From Thermoanaerobaculia bacterium (GTDB taxonomy: Bacteria > Acidobacteriota > Thermoanaerobaculia > Gp7-AA8), in the NCBI GenBank assembly GCA_036522835.1, contig DATDFB010000057.1:3906-67905 (forward strand): a stretch of 64,000 bases of DNA. The letters run 5' to 3'. The position numbers and the translations under genes were made by a program. Positions 51,572 to 59,864 of the stretch are shown in pieces. Positions within the stretch are counted from its first letter, which is position 1; the number at the start of each line of letters is the position of its first letter. The notes under the pieces are model-generated. The model ran no database searches, had not been told where the DNA came from, and saw nothing but the letters and a program-made list of their open reading frames with translations.

Positions 51572-51612
51572 ACGTGCGATTTTATGGCACACCGCTTGAA
51601 CCGGCTTCAGCC

Positions 51613-51915
51613 ATGCGCAGCATTGTTTGTCTCGCCGCCGTCCTCGCACTCGCGGCTTGCCGCGGCGAGAAGATTCCGCGCGACTACCAGAACAACCCGC
51701 CGGCGATGACGCACCCGGTGACGAAGTCGTCCGATACGCCGACCGCGCACGGCATGCCCGGCCCGGCGCCGGAGCCGAGCAAGGGCGCCGAGGGGAAGAA
51801 CGTGAGCCGGCAGCCGACGTCGCCGACCTCGACAACGTACACCCTCGGCGATCAGGCGCCGACGCAGACGACCAGCACCTCCGCGACGGGGACGCAGTTG
51901 AAGGTGAAGCCATAA
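51613..51915 (+). CDS. Small lipoprotein, Pro/Thr/Ser-rich, unknown function
   Basis: MRSIVCLAAVLALAAC lipobox at the start chosen within track ORF 51574..51915. Low-complexity remainder. Coding status is moderate. Confidence 0.5.
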   Translation: MRSIVCLAAVLALAACRGEKIPRDYQNNPPAMTHPVTKSSDTPTAHGMPGPAPEPSKGAEGKNVSRQPTSPTSTTYTLGDQAPTQTTSTSATGTQLKVKP

Positions 51916-51916
51916 T

Positions 51917-51975
51917 GCGGAGTGCGGCGGCCATGCCGCCGCTGTAACAGCGCCGGCATGGCCGGCGCACTCCAC
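51917..51975. repeat. REP-like double palindrome abutting the fmt ATG
   Basis: gcggagtgcggcggccatgccgccgc-tgtaaca-gcgccggcatggccggcgcactccac is followed directly by the ATG at 51976. Confidence 0.88.
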
Positions 51976-52836
51976 ATGCGCCTGCTTTTTTTCGGAACCC
52001 CGCAATTCGCCGTGCCGACACTCGAGGCCATCGCGCGCGAGCACGAGGTCGTGCTCGTCGTCGCGCAGCCCGACAAGCCCGCGGGCCGCGGCATGCATCT
52101 GCAGGCTCCCGCGGTGGTCGTGCGCGCGCGCGAGCTTGGGCTGCCGGTGGCGCAGCCGCCGAAGATCCGCGACTTCGCGCCGCCCGCGGCCGAGGCGGCG
52201 ATCGTCGTCGCGTACGGAAAGATCCTGCCGGCGGCGCTGCTCGCCACGATGCCGTTCTACAACGTGCACGCGTCGCTGCTGCCGAAGTACCGCGGCGCGG
52301 CGCCGATCCAGCGTTCCATCGAGCACGGCGAAGCGGAAACGGGCGTGACGATCATGCGCATCGACGAGCAGCTCGATCATGGGCCGACGCTGCTGGCTGC
52401 GTCGACGGCAATCGACCCCGATGAGCATTCGCCGGGGCTCGGCTCCCGGCTTTCGGCTCTCGGCGCGGATTTGATGCGGCGGGTGCTGCGCGAGCGGCCG
52501 GCCGAGGTCGAGCAGGACCACGCGCGGGCCACGCTCGCGCCGAAGATCGACAAGGAGGAGGGACTCGTCGACTGGAGCGCCCCGGCGCGGGCGATCTACG
52601 ACAAGTTCCGCGCCTTCGATCCATGGCCCGGGATTTTCACGGACACGATGAAGTTGATCGACGTCGCGCCGGCTTCCGGCCAGGGCGCGCCGGAAAGCAT
52701 CCTCGCCATCGACGACGGCGTCGTCGTCGCTTGCGGCGAGGGCGCGCTGCGCGTGCGCACGATCCAGCGCGCGGGAAAGCCGCGCGTGAACGCCGCCGAC
52801 GTGGCGCGCGCGGAACGCTGGCGCGTCTTCCCATGA
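51976..52836 (+). CDS. fmt: Methionyl-tRNA formyltransferase
   Basis: In-frame part of track ORF 51922..52836 from MRLLFFGTPQFAVPTL. AQPDKPAGRG and NVHASLLPKYRGAAPIQRSI. Confidence 0.93.
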   Translation: MRLLFFGTPQFAVPTLEAIAREHEVVLVVAQPDKPAGRGMHLQAPAVVVRARELGLPVAQPPKIRDFAPPAAEAAIVVAYGKILPAALLATMPFYNVHASLLPKYRGAAPIQRSIEHGEAETGVTIMRIDEQLDHGPTLLAASTAIDPDEHSPGLGSRLSALGADLMRRVLRERPAEVEQDHARATLAPKIDKEEGLVDWSAPARAIYDKFRAFDPWPGIFTDTMKLIDVAPASGQGAPESILAIDDGVVVACGEGALRVRTIQRAGKPRVNAADVARAERWRVFP

Positions 52837-53984
52837 ACGAGCGCCAGCGCGCGCTGCACCTCCTCCGCCGCATCGAGCGCGAGCAGGCGTTTGCCGCGCC
52901 GCTTCTGGCCCAGGAATCCGGCTTCGTCCGCACGCTCGTCCTCGGCGTGCTGCGCTGGCGCTCGCGTCTCGACTTCGCCGTGTCGGCACACGCGAAACGA
53001 AAAATCGACGATCAAGTCCTCGATGTCCTCCGCCTCGGCGCGTACCAACTGCTCTTCATGGACATCGCCAAGTACGCCGCCGTCGCGGAGACAGTGGAGC
53101 TCGCGCCAAAGCATGCGCGCGGCTTCGTCAACGCGATGCTGCGGCGCGTGACGGACGTCGAGCCCAAAGATCTCGCCACCCGCACCGCCCACCCCCCCTG
53201 GCTGATCGCGCGCTGGGTGCGCCACTACGGCGAGGAGCGCGCCGCGCGCATCGCCGCCGCGAATCAGGAGCTGTCGTATCCGGACGTGATCGCGAACGAG
53301 CCGCCGCCCGAGGCCACGCCGTCCGAGCTCGTCCCCGGCATGTGGAAGCTGCATGGATCCTCCGCCGACGTCGAAGGCATCGTTCTCGACGAAGGAAGCG
53401 CGGTCATCGGCGACCTCGCCGCGGCGACGTCAAACGACATTCTCGACCTCGCCGCCGCGCCGGGCGGGAAGAGCATCGTCGCGGCGCTGCGCGGGGCGCA
53501 TGTGGTGAGCAACGATGTCTCGATTGGACGGCTGCTCGGCGGGCGCATGCTATGCGCCCCTACCGGTAGGGGCGCACGGCGTGCGCCCCTCGTTGTCTCC
53601 GACGCGCGGCAACCGCCGTTCCGAAGAACGTTCGACACCGTCCTCCTCGATGCGCCGTGCAGTGCCACCGGCACGATCCGCAAGAATCCGGAGCTGAAGT
53701 GGCGTCTGCGCGAGGAGGACCTGCCGTCGTTCGCGAAACTGCAGCGCGAGATGCTGGAAAGCGCCGTGCGCCTCGCAAAACGCTACGTCGTCTACTCCAC
53801 CTGCTCTCTCGAGCCCGAAGAAAACGACGAAGTCGTGAACGGATTCGAACGGGAAGACGCGGCGGGCTTCGTCAACGATAACGTCCGCCGCTGGGTCGAA
53901 GACGGCGTGCTCCGCCTCACGCCCGAGTCGGGCGCGGACGGCTTCACCGCGTTTGTGCTAAGAATTCCGCCCCATGCCGCGTGA
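52833..53984 (+). CDS. rsmB: 16S rRNA (cytosine-C5)-methyltransferase RsmB/Sun family
   Basis: ATGA overlap with fmt. N-terminal NusB-like MNERQRALHLLRRIEREQAFA, ILDLAAAPGGKS, LLDAPCSATGTIRKNPE, YSTCSLEPEEN. Contains an in-frame palindromic repeat. Confidence 0.9.
   Translation: MNERQRALHLLRRIEREQAFAAPLLAQESGFVRTLVLGVLRWRSRLDFAVSAHAKRKIDDQVLDVLRLGAYQLLFMDIAKYAAVAETVELAPKHARGFVNAMLRRVTDVEPKDLATRTAHPPWLIARWVRHYGEERAARIAAANQELSYPDVIANEPPPEATPSELVPGMWKLHGSSADVEGIVLDEGSAVIGDLAAATSNDILDLAAAPGGKSIVAALRGAHVVSNDVSIGRLLGGRMLCAPTGRGARRAPLVVSDARQPPFRRTFDTVLLDAPCSATGTIRKNPELKWRLREEDLPSFAKLQREMLESAVRLAKRYVVYSTCSLEPEENDEVVNGFEREDAAGFVNDNVRRWVEDGVLRLTPESGADGFTAFVLRIPPHAA
53541..53589. repeat. REP-like palindrome (GGGCGCA...TACCGGTAGGGGCGCACGGCGTGCGCCC) in frame inside rsmB
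   Basis: gggcgcatgctatgcgcccctaccggtaggggcgcacggcgtgcgcccc translates as GRMLCAPTGRGARRAP within the methyltransferase domain. Confidence 0.85.
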
Positions 53985-56016
53985 CATCCCTGTTGGCAAC
54001 GGCTCGTTGCTCGTTGCCTTCGATGCCAAGTACCGCCTCGCCGACATCTACTTCCCCCATGTCGGCCACGAGAACCACAGCGGCGCGCGCTTCCGCTTCG
54101 GCATCTTCGCCGACGGCGTTTGCAGTTGGATCGAGGACGACCGCTGGCAGCGCACGCTCGGGTACCTGCGCGACACGATCGTCAGCGACGTGGTGGCCGA
54201 GAACGCCGAGCTGGGCCTGCGCCTGCGCTGCCACGACGCCGTCGATGCCGACGCCAACGTCTACGTCCGCAAAATCGTGGTGCGCAACACGCGCGACGAC
54301 GCCCGCACGGTGAAGTTCTTCTTCCACCACGACTTCAACCTCTACGGCAACCCGAACGGCGACACGGCCATGTTCGATCCCGACTCGGCGAGCGTCATCC
54401 ACTACAAGATGAAGCGCTACTTCCTCGTCAGCGCCGGCACGGATGCGCGCAGCGGCATCGACGAGTACGCATGCGGGCGGAGCGGCATCGGCGGCGAGGA
54501 GGGGACGTGGCGCGACGCCGAGGATGGCGCGCTGTCGATGAATGCCATTCAGCAGGGGTCGGTCGACTCGACGATCGCCATCAGCGTCGACATCGAAGCG
54601 CACGGCAGCGCCACCGTCTACTACTGGATCTGCGCCGGCGCGCGCTACGGCGAAGTGCGCGAGCTCGACCGCTACGTGCGCGAGGAGACGCCGGCGCGCA
54701 TCATCGCCCGCACCGCGTCGCTTTGGTACACGTGGGTCAACAAGAACGGCGAGGATCTCTCCGACCTGCCCGAGGAGATCGGCGATCTCTACCGGCGCTC
54801 GCTCCTGGTCGTGCAGACGCAGTGCGACCACGAGGGCGGCATCACCGCCGCGAACGACTCCGACATCGAGTGGAGCCACAACGATCACTACTCGTACGTC
54901 TGGCCGCGCGACGGCGCCTTCGTCGCCGACGCCATGGACCGCGCCGGCTTCCACGCCCTGGCGCGGCGCTTCCTACAGTTCGCGCACGACTCGATCTCCA
55001 GCGAAGGCTACTTCCTGCACAAGTACGCGCCCGACGGCTCGGTGGCGTCGGCGTGGAACCCGTGGGTACGCCGCGGCAAGAAACAACTCCCCATTCAGGA
55101 AGACGAGACCGCGCTGATCCTCTGGCTCGTGGCGCGGCACTACGAGCGGACGCGCGACCTCGAGTTCGTCCGGGCCGTCTACCGGCGCCTGGTCGTGCAG
55201 CCGGCGGAGTTCATGATCGACTTCCGCGATCCGCTCACGCATCTGCCGCAGCCGTCGTTCGACATCTGGGAGGAGCGGCAGGGCGTCTTCACCTTCACCT
55301 GCGCCGCGGTCTCCGCGGGGTTGCGCGCCGCCTCGGAGCTCGCCAACCTGTTCAACGAGCAGGAGCGGCGCAACCGCTACGCGCGCGCGGCGGCCGAGGT
55401 GCGCGATGCCATCGTGCGGCATCTGTGGCTCGAACAGGAGGGGCGCTTCGCGCGCGGCCTGGCGCTGCGCGACGACGACACGCTCGAGCTCGACGCCACG
55501 ATCGACGCCTCGGCGTTCGGTACGTTCTACCTCGACGTCTTTCCGGCGGAGAGCGCCATGGTGGAGGGCACGATGCGCGCCGTGCGCGAGGCGCTGTGGA
55601 TCTCGACGGAGACCGGCGGCGTGGCCCGTTACGAGCGCGACCGCTACCAGCGCACGAGCAACGATGACGAGAGCATCGCCGGGAACCCGTGGCTGATCTG
55701 CACGCTCTGGCTGGCCGAGCACGCCGTGGCGCGGGCGACGTCCGTGGCGGAGCTGCAATCGGCGCTCGACCTGGTGCGCTGGGCGCGCTCGAAGGCGCGG
55801 CCGTCGCTGGTGTTGCCCGAGCAGATCGATCCGTCGACGGGCGCGCCGCTCTCCGTCGCGCCGTTCACGTGGAGTCACGCGCAGGTGATCTCGGTCGTGC
55901 GCGGCTACCTCGACGCGCTTCGTTTTCTGCGCCGCGAATCGCGCGACAACGCCGCGCGCGGCGAGGAAAAAATCGCGCGCGATCATCCCGTTGACAAACC
56001 GAAATGGTTTCCATAG
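53974..56016 (+). CDS. Glycoside hydrolase family 15 protein (glucoamylase / trehalase-related)
   Basis: 680 aa. N-terminal beta-sandwich (GNGSLLVAFDAKYRLADIYFPHVG) plus (alpha/alpha)6 catalytic domain with YSYVWPRDGAFVADAM, IWEER and NPWLICTLWLAEH. Confidence 0.88.
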   Translation: MPRDIPVGNGSLLVAFDAKYRLADIYFPHVGHENHSGARFRFGIFADGVCSWIEDDRWQRTLGYLRDTIVSDVVAENAELGLRLRCHDAVDADANVYVRKIVVRNTRDDARTVKFFFHHDFNLYGNPNGDTAMFDPDSASVIHYKMKRYFLVSAGTDARSGIDEYACGRSGIGGEEGTWRDAEDGALSMNAIQQGSVDSTIAISVDIEAHGSATVYYWICAGARYGEVRELDRYVREETPARIIARTASLWYTWVNKNGEDLSDLPEEIGDLYRRSLLVVQTQCDHEGGITAANDSDIEWSHNDHYSYVWPRDGAFVADAMDRAGFHALARRFLQFAHDSISSEGYFLHKYAPDGSVASAWNPWVRRGKKQLPIQEDETALILWLVARHYERTRDLEFVRAVYRRLVVQPAEFMIDFRDPLTHLPQPSFDIWEERQGVFTFTCAAVSAGLRAASELANLFNEQERRNRYARAAAEVRDAIVRHLWLEQEGRFARGLALRDDDTLELDATIDASAFGTFYLDVFPAESAMVEGTMRAVREALWISTETGGVARYERDRYQRTSNDDESIAGNPWLICTLWLAEHAVARATSVAELQSALDLVRWARSKARPSLVLPEQIDPSTGAPLSVAPFTWSHAQVISVVRGYLDALRFLRRESRDNAARGEEKIARDHPVDKPKWFP

Positions 56017-56067
56017 ATTGTCGAAACCGGCTTAAAACAAGGGGTTTCGCACAGGAGGAAGGCGTAT

Positions 56068-56373
56068 ATGGCAGGAAAAGGTGACGTCATCAACGAGATC
56101 GCCGACCAGGCTGGGATCTCGAAGAAGGAAGCGGCCGCAGCGTTCGACGCATTCGTCAGCTACATCTCCGGCTCGTGCCAGCGAGGCGAGCGCTGCTCGA
56201 TCCCAGGGCTCGGCAGCTTCTCCGTCTCGCAGCGCAAGGCGCGCGAGGGCCGCAACCCCCGCACGAACGAAAAGATCACCATCCCGGCATCGAAGAACGT
56301 CCGCTTCAAGGCCGGCAAGGACCTCAAGGACGCCGTAAACGTTTCCGGTAAGCGGGGGTCGAAGAAGAAGTAG
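56068..56373 (+). CDS. hup: HU/IHF family nucleoid-associated DNA-binding protein with Lys-rich tail
   Basis: 101 aa. Strong SD AGGAGG (56053-56058). ISKKEAAAAFDAF, IPGLGSFSVSQRKAREGRNPRTNEKITIPASKNVRFKAGKDLK, C-terminal GKRGSKKK. Confidence 0.92.
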   Translation: MAGKGDVINEIADQAGISKKEAAAAFDAFVSYISGSCQRGERCSIPGLGSFSVSQRKAREGRNPRTNEKITIPASKNVRFKAGKDLKDAVNVSGKRGSKKK

Positions 56374-56404
56374 CCCGTCACCTGCCAGAAGCCTGCGATG
56401 AACG

Positions 56405-56436
56405 AGCGCTCCGGGAAGCCGGAGCGTTTTTCGTTT
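56405..56436 (+). terminator. Rho-independent terminator downstream of hup
   Basis: 8-bp GC stem CGCTCCGG (56407-56414), GAAG loop, CCGGAGCG (56419-56426), followed by TTTTTCGTTT. Confidence 0.75.
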
Positions 56437-56470
56437 AAGTTGTTAGGTTCGCAGGTTGTTACGTTCTTCA

Positions 56471-56687
56471 CCGATCGAAGAGCGCACGCTTCCGATCGAA
56501 GAACGAACGCTTCAATCGGAATCGTGCGCTCTTCGATTTTAATCGTACGCTCTTCGATCTTTATCGCGCGCTCTTCGATCTTTATCGCGCGCTCTTCGAT
56601 CGGAATCGCGCGCTCTTCGATCGGAATGGCGCACTCTTCGATCGGAATCGTGCGTTCTTCGGTTGCAAGCGTGCGTTCTTCGAAAAC
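56471..56687. repeat. Array of ten 21-bp units (2 inverted + 8 direct), consensus AATCGCGCGCTCTTCGATCGG
   Basis: Direct units start at 56520, 56541, 56562, 56583, 56604, 56625, 56646 and 56667. Inverted units are at 56471-56491 and 56492-56512 (ccgatcgaagagcgcacgctt is the exact reverse complement of aagcgtgcgctcttcgatcgg). The array is flanked by GTTGTTAGG / CCTAAGAAC-type inverted sequences at 56437-56470 and 56688-56716. Confidence 0.9.
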
Positions 56688-56723
56688 AACCTAAGAACTC
56701 AACAACTTAACAACCGGATCACC

Positions 56724-57749
56724 TCAAACCCACGCCCGCGGTACGAACAACGTCTCATACAACTTGATCGCGTACCGATCCGTCATCCCGGCCACGAAGT
56801 CGATGGCCAGCCGCTCGGTCGTCTCTTCGCTGTTCACCGGCAGGTACTCCTCGGGGTGGGCGACGACGTACTCGAAGAGCGCGGTGACGATGCGCTTCGC
56901 TTTTTCCAATTCGTCGCGCACGGCGGGGATGAGGTACATGTGCTCGAACATGTAGCGGCGTAGCTCTTCGAGCGCCTCCAGCACCTCGGCCGACATGCGG
57001 ATCGCCTCGTAGCCGCAGGCGAGCGTCTGGGCGACGACGTCGCGCACCATGCGGTCGATGCGCTGGCTGCCGGTGGGGCCGAGCGTGTCGCGGATCGCCT
57101 TCGGGATGTCGTCCTCGGTCAAGAGGCCGGCGCGGATGCCGTCGTCGATGTCGTGGTTCACGTAGGCGACGATGTCGGAGATGCGCACGATGTCGCCCTC
57201 GAGCGTGAGCGCCCGGGAGCGCGGCCGCGAGCGCAGCAACTCTCCCTTCTCGCCCTTCGAATGTTTGAGGATGCCGTCGCGCACTTCGATCGTGAGGTTG
57301 AGGCCGCGGCCGTCGTTCTCCAGCACCTCCACGACGCGCACCGACTGCCGGTAGTGATCGAAGCCGCCGCGCACGAGCTTATTGAGCGCCGCCTCGCCGG
57401 CGTGCCCGAACGCGGAGTGCCCGAGGTCGTGGCCGAGACCGATGGCCTCGGTGAGCACTTCGTTGAGGCGCAGCGACTTCGCGATCGTGCGCGCGATCTG
57501 CGTCACCTCCAGCACGTGCGTCAGGCGCGTGCGGTAGTGGTCGCCCTCGGGTGCGAGGAACACCTGCGTCTTGTGCTTGAGGCGCCGGAAGGCCTTGCAG
57601 TGAATGATGCGGTCGCGGTCGCGCTGGTAGGAGGGGCGGAGGTCGTCCTCCGGCTCGGCGCGGTCGCGGCCGCGCGTGCCGGCGCTCTTCGCGGCGCGCG
57701 GGTGAAACGTCTCGGCTTCGATTTGCTCGAGGGTCTCGCGGATCGTCAC
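56724..57749 (-). CDS. dgt: dGTP triphosphohydrolase-like HD-domain protein
   Basis: 341 aa. RDRDRIIHCKAFRRLKHKTQVF, RTRLTHVLEVTQIARTIA, GLGHDLGHSAFGHAGE. Confidence 0.9.
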   Translation of the reverse strand: MTIRETLEQIEAETFHPRAAKSAGTRGRDRAEPEDDLRPSYQRDRDRIIHCKAFRRLKHKTQVFLAPEGDHYRTRLTHVLEVTQIARTIAKSLRLNEVLTEAIGLGHDLGHSAFGHAGEAALNKLVRGGFDHYRQSVRVVEVLENDGRGLNLTIEVRDGILKHSKGEKGELLRSRPRSRALTLEGDIVRISDIVAYVNHDIDDGIRAGLLTEDDIPKAIRDTLGPTGSQRIDRMVRDVVAQTLACGYEAIRMSAEVLEALEELRRYMFEHMYLIPAVRDELEKAKRIVTALFEYVVAHPEEYLPVNSEETTERLAIDFVAGMTDRYAIKLYETLFVPRAWV

Positions 57750-57762
57750 CGCGGCAATCGTA

Positions 57763-59337
57763 TCAGTGCCGCGCCGCGCGGCGGCGCACGTTCGGCGCCG
57801 GCGGGATCACCAGCAGCGTCACGCTCTTCGCCGGCAGCGTGAGCGAGAGCGCGCCGCCGCTGACGGCGACGTCGGCTAGGCGCGCGACGTGAGTGCCGGA
57901 GGCGAGCTGCCACCGCTGCGCGTTCGCGGCGGCGTTGAAGTTCGACAACTTGACGGCTGCCGCCGTCGTGCCGCTGAGGACTTTCACGATCATCACCGTG
58001 AGCGCGTTGTCGGACGAGCGCTGCGCGGCGAAGACGGCGACATCGTCCGGATTCGGGCCGCCGGCGCCGACCGAGGTGTCGCCGAACGCCGACTTCGCGC
58101 CGTCGTAGTTGCGATAGATCTTGATCGCGTCGTACGCCGGCGAGCCGGCAGCGGGCGTCGTCCAGCGCGCGGCGAGGTCGAGGCCCTCGCGGCCGAAGAT
58201 GCCGAGGACGTCCGCCTGCGCCGTGGCGCCGTTCATGTTCCCCTCGGCGCCCCAGTTGTACTCGGTGATCCCGATCGGCAGTCCCGCCGCCCACTCGCGC
58301 ATGCGCGGAATCAGCCGCACCGTGTCGCCGATCCACGACTCATCGACGTACTTCGGGTCCCACAGCGAGCGCGTGGAGCGGTTGCGGCGGAGCTGCATGG
58401 CCGTGGAGAGGTCGTCGCTGAGCTCGCCGCTTTGCGGGTAATAGTGCACGGTGACGACGTCGAGCAGCCCGCGCAACTGCGAGACGAGCCACGGCACGGA
58501 CTCCGCGCCGCCGTGCGCCGTGCGGTCGGGAAAGCTCGACCAGTCGTGCGCCGCGGCCCACTGCTGGTCGTAGCCGCTGTAGAAGTACCCGGCCCAGCCC
58601 CACTCCTCGGGGCCGCAGATCAGCGCATTCGGGTCGGTGGCGCGGATGCGCTGGGCGTGATCGCGCATCTTCGCCAGCACTTCGTCCATCGTTGCGCCGG
58701 CCGGGTGCACGTCGCGGTGCGTGGCGTGCCAGATCGACGGCTCGTTGTCGAGCAGGTACCAGCGCACGCCGCCCCACTGCGTGACGAGATGTTGCACCCA
58801 GGCCTGCTGGAAGAGCGCGTCGACCGGCATGTTCGCGTCGTTTGGATCGTTGCCGCCGATCTCGCTGCCGTTCGCGCGCACGCCGTTGCCGGCGTCAGGC
58901 ATGTATGGGTCGGTGGACTGCTGCGCGCCGTACTTCGCCACGGAGAAGCTCGCCAGCTTGGCGCGGTTCGGACCGAGCTTCGCCGTCCAGCCGATCATGG
59001 GGATGGTGATCATCGGCTGCGCGCCGGCCGACTTCGTGTCGCGGATGAACGCGTCGGCGCTCTCGCCGGCGAGCGCGCTGGTCTCGCCGATCGACTCGTA
59101 GAACCAGTCGGCGGCGCGGTTGGCGGCGTTGAGCTGCCAGTTGTAGCGCGTCGCGGCGTTGCCGCCGGAGCGGTTCAGCGGGACGTTGAGGTCGGCCAGT
59201 TGCGCCGCCGTGGCGAAGGCGACCCCGTAGACGTTCGGATTGATCGGATGGCGATTCGCGGCCGCGTCGACGTTGATGGCGATCTGCGCGAAAAGCGCCG
59301 GCGCGAAGAAGAGCGCGGCGAGCACACTCCAGCCCAA
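57763..59337 (-). CDS. Secreted glycoside hydrolase family 44 (endoglucanase/xyloglucanase-like)
   Basis: 524 aa. TTG start, signal peptide MGWSVLAALFFAPALFAQ. PLNRSGGNAATRYNW, WYLLDNEPSIWHATHRDVHP, GITEYNWG. Confidence 0.85.
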   Translation of the reverse strand: MGWSVLAALFFAPALFAQIAINVDAAANRHPINPNVYGVAFATAAQLADLNVPLNRSGGNAATRYNWQLNAANRAADWFYESIGETSALAGESADAFIRDTKSAGAQPMITIPMIGWTAKLGPNRAKLASFSVAKYGAQQSTDPYMPDAGNGVRANGSEIGGNDPNDANMPVDALFQQAWVQHLVTQWGGVRWYLLDNEPSIWHATHRDVHPAGATMDEVLAKMRDHAQRIRATDPNALICGPEEWGWAGYFYSGYDQQWAAAHDWSSFPDRTAHGGAESVPWLVSQLRGLLDVVTVHYYPQSGELSDDLSTAMQLRRNRSTRSLWDPKYVDESWIGDTVRLIPRMREWAAGLPIGITEYNWGAEGNMNGATAQADVLGIFGREGLDLAARWTTPAAGSPAYDAIKIYRNYDGAKSAFGDTSVGAGGPNPDDVAVFAAQRSSDNALTVMIVKVLSGTTAAAVKLSNFNAAANAQRWQLASGTHVARLADVAVSGGALSLTLPAKSVTLLVIPPAPNVRRRAARH

Positions 59338-59423
59338 GTACGCCGGCCAGTGCGTGTGAGCGTTCGCGCCGTGAAGGATTGGGGCAATCTAGGCTTCCGT
59401 CGCTGGAGAAGAGGTGAGCCAGC

Positions 59424-59855
59424 TCACAAACGGAGCTCCAGGAAGCGCGAGCCCTCGACGGGATTGAAGCGATACGGCGCGATGTCGGTGAAGCCGAGCT
59501 CCTCGTACAGCGCCATGGCCGCGCGCATCTGCGGCAGCGTATCGAGGCGCATCCGCTCGTAGCCGCGGCGCCGCGCCTCGGCGATGACGGCCTCCGCCAG
59601 CGCGCGGCCGAGGCCGCGGCCGCGGGCGGTGGGGCGGACGTAGAGGCGCTTCATCTCGCAGATGCGCTCGTCAATCCGGCGCAGCGCCACACAGCCGCCG
59701 GCGTCGCCGGCGACGAAGATGCACTCGTAAAACTCGCCGAGATGCGCGAGCTCGTCGTCGAAGTTCTGGAATCCGAGGTCGACGCCGAGCGACGCCGCGT
59801 ACTCGAGGAAGAGCTCGCGGACGACGCCGAGATCGCGCGCGGGAGCGATGGTCAT
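59424..59855 (-). CDS. GNAT family N-acetyltransferase
   Basis: C-terminal 143 codons of track ORF 59424..60752 from [33 protein letters not shown] and ALYEELGF. Confidence 0.85.
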   Translation of the reverse strand: MTIAPARDLGVVRELFLEYAASLGVDLGFQNFDDELAHLGEFYECIFVAGDAGGCVALRRIDERICEMKRLYVRPTARGRGLGRALAEAVIAEARRRGYERMRLDTLPQMRAAMALYEELGFTDIAPYRFNPVEGSRFLELRL

Positions 59856-59864
59856 TCGCCGATA

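Noticed and set aside
56471-56687. Possible CRISPR array
   Set aside because: The units are contiguous 21-mers with no unique spacers between them, two units are inverted, and no cas genes or leader are present. This is a tandem/iteron-type repeat, not CRISPR.
56398-56694. 98-aa ORF translating as RSSIFIARSSIFIARSSIGIARSS...
   Set aside because: It is simply the reading of the 21-bp tandem array (7-aa periodicity). It starts inside the hup terminator, has no SD, and lies in a convergent intergenic gap. Treated as non-coding repeat.
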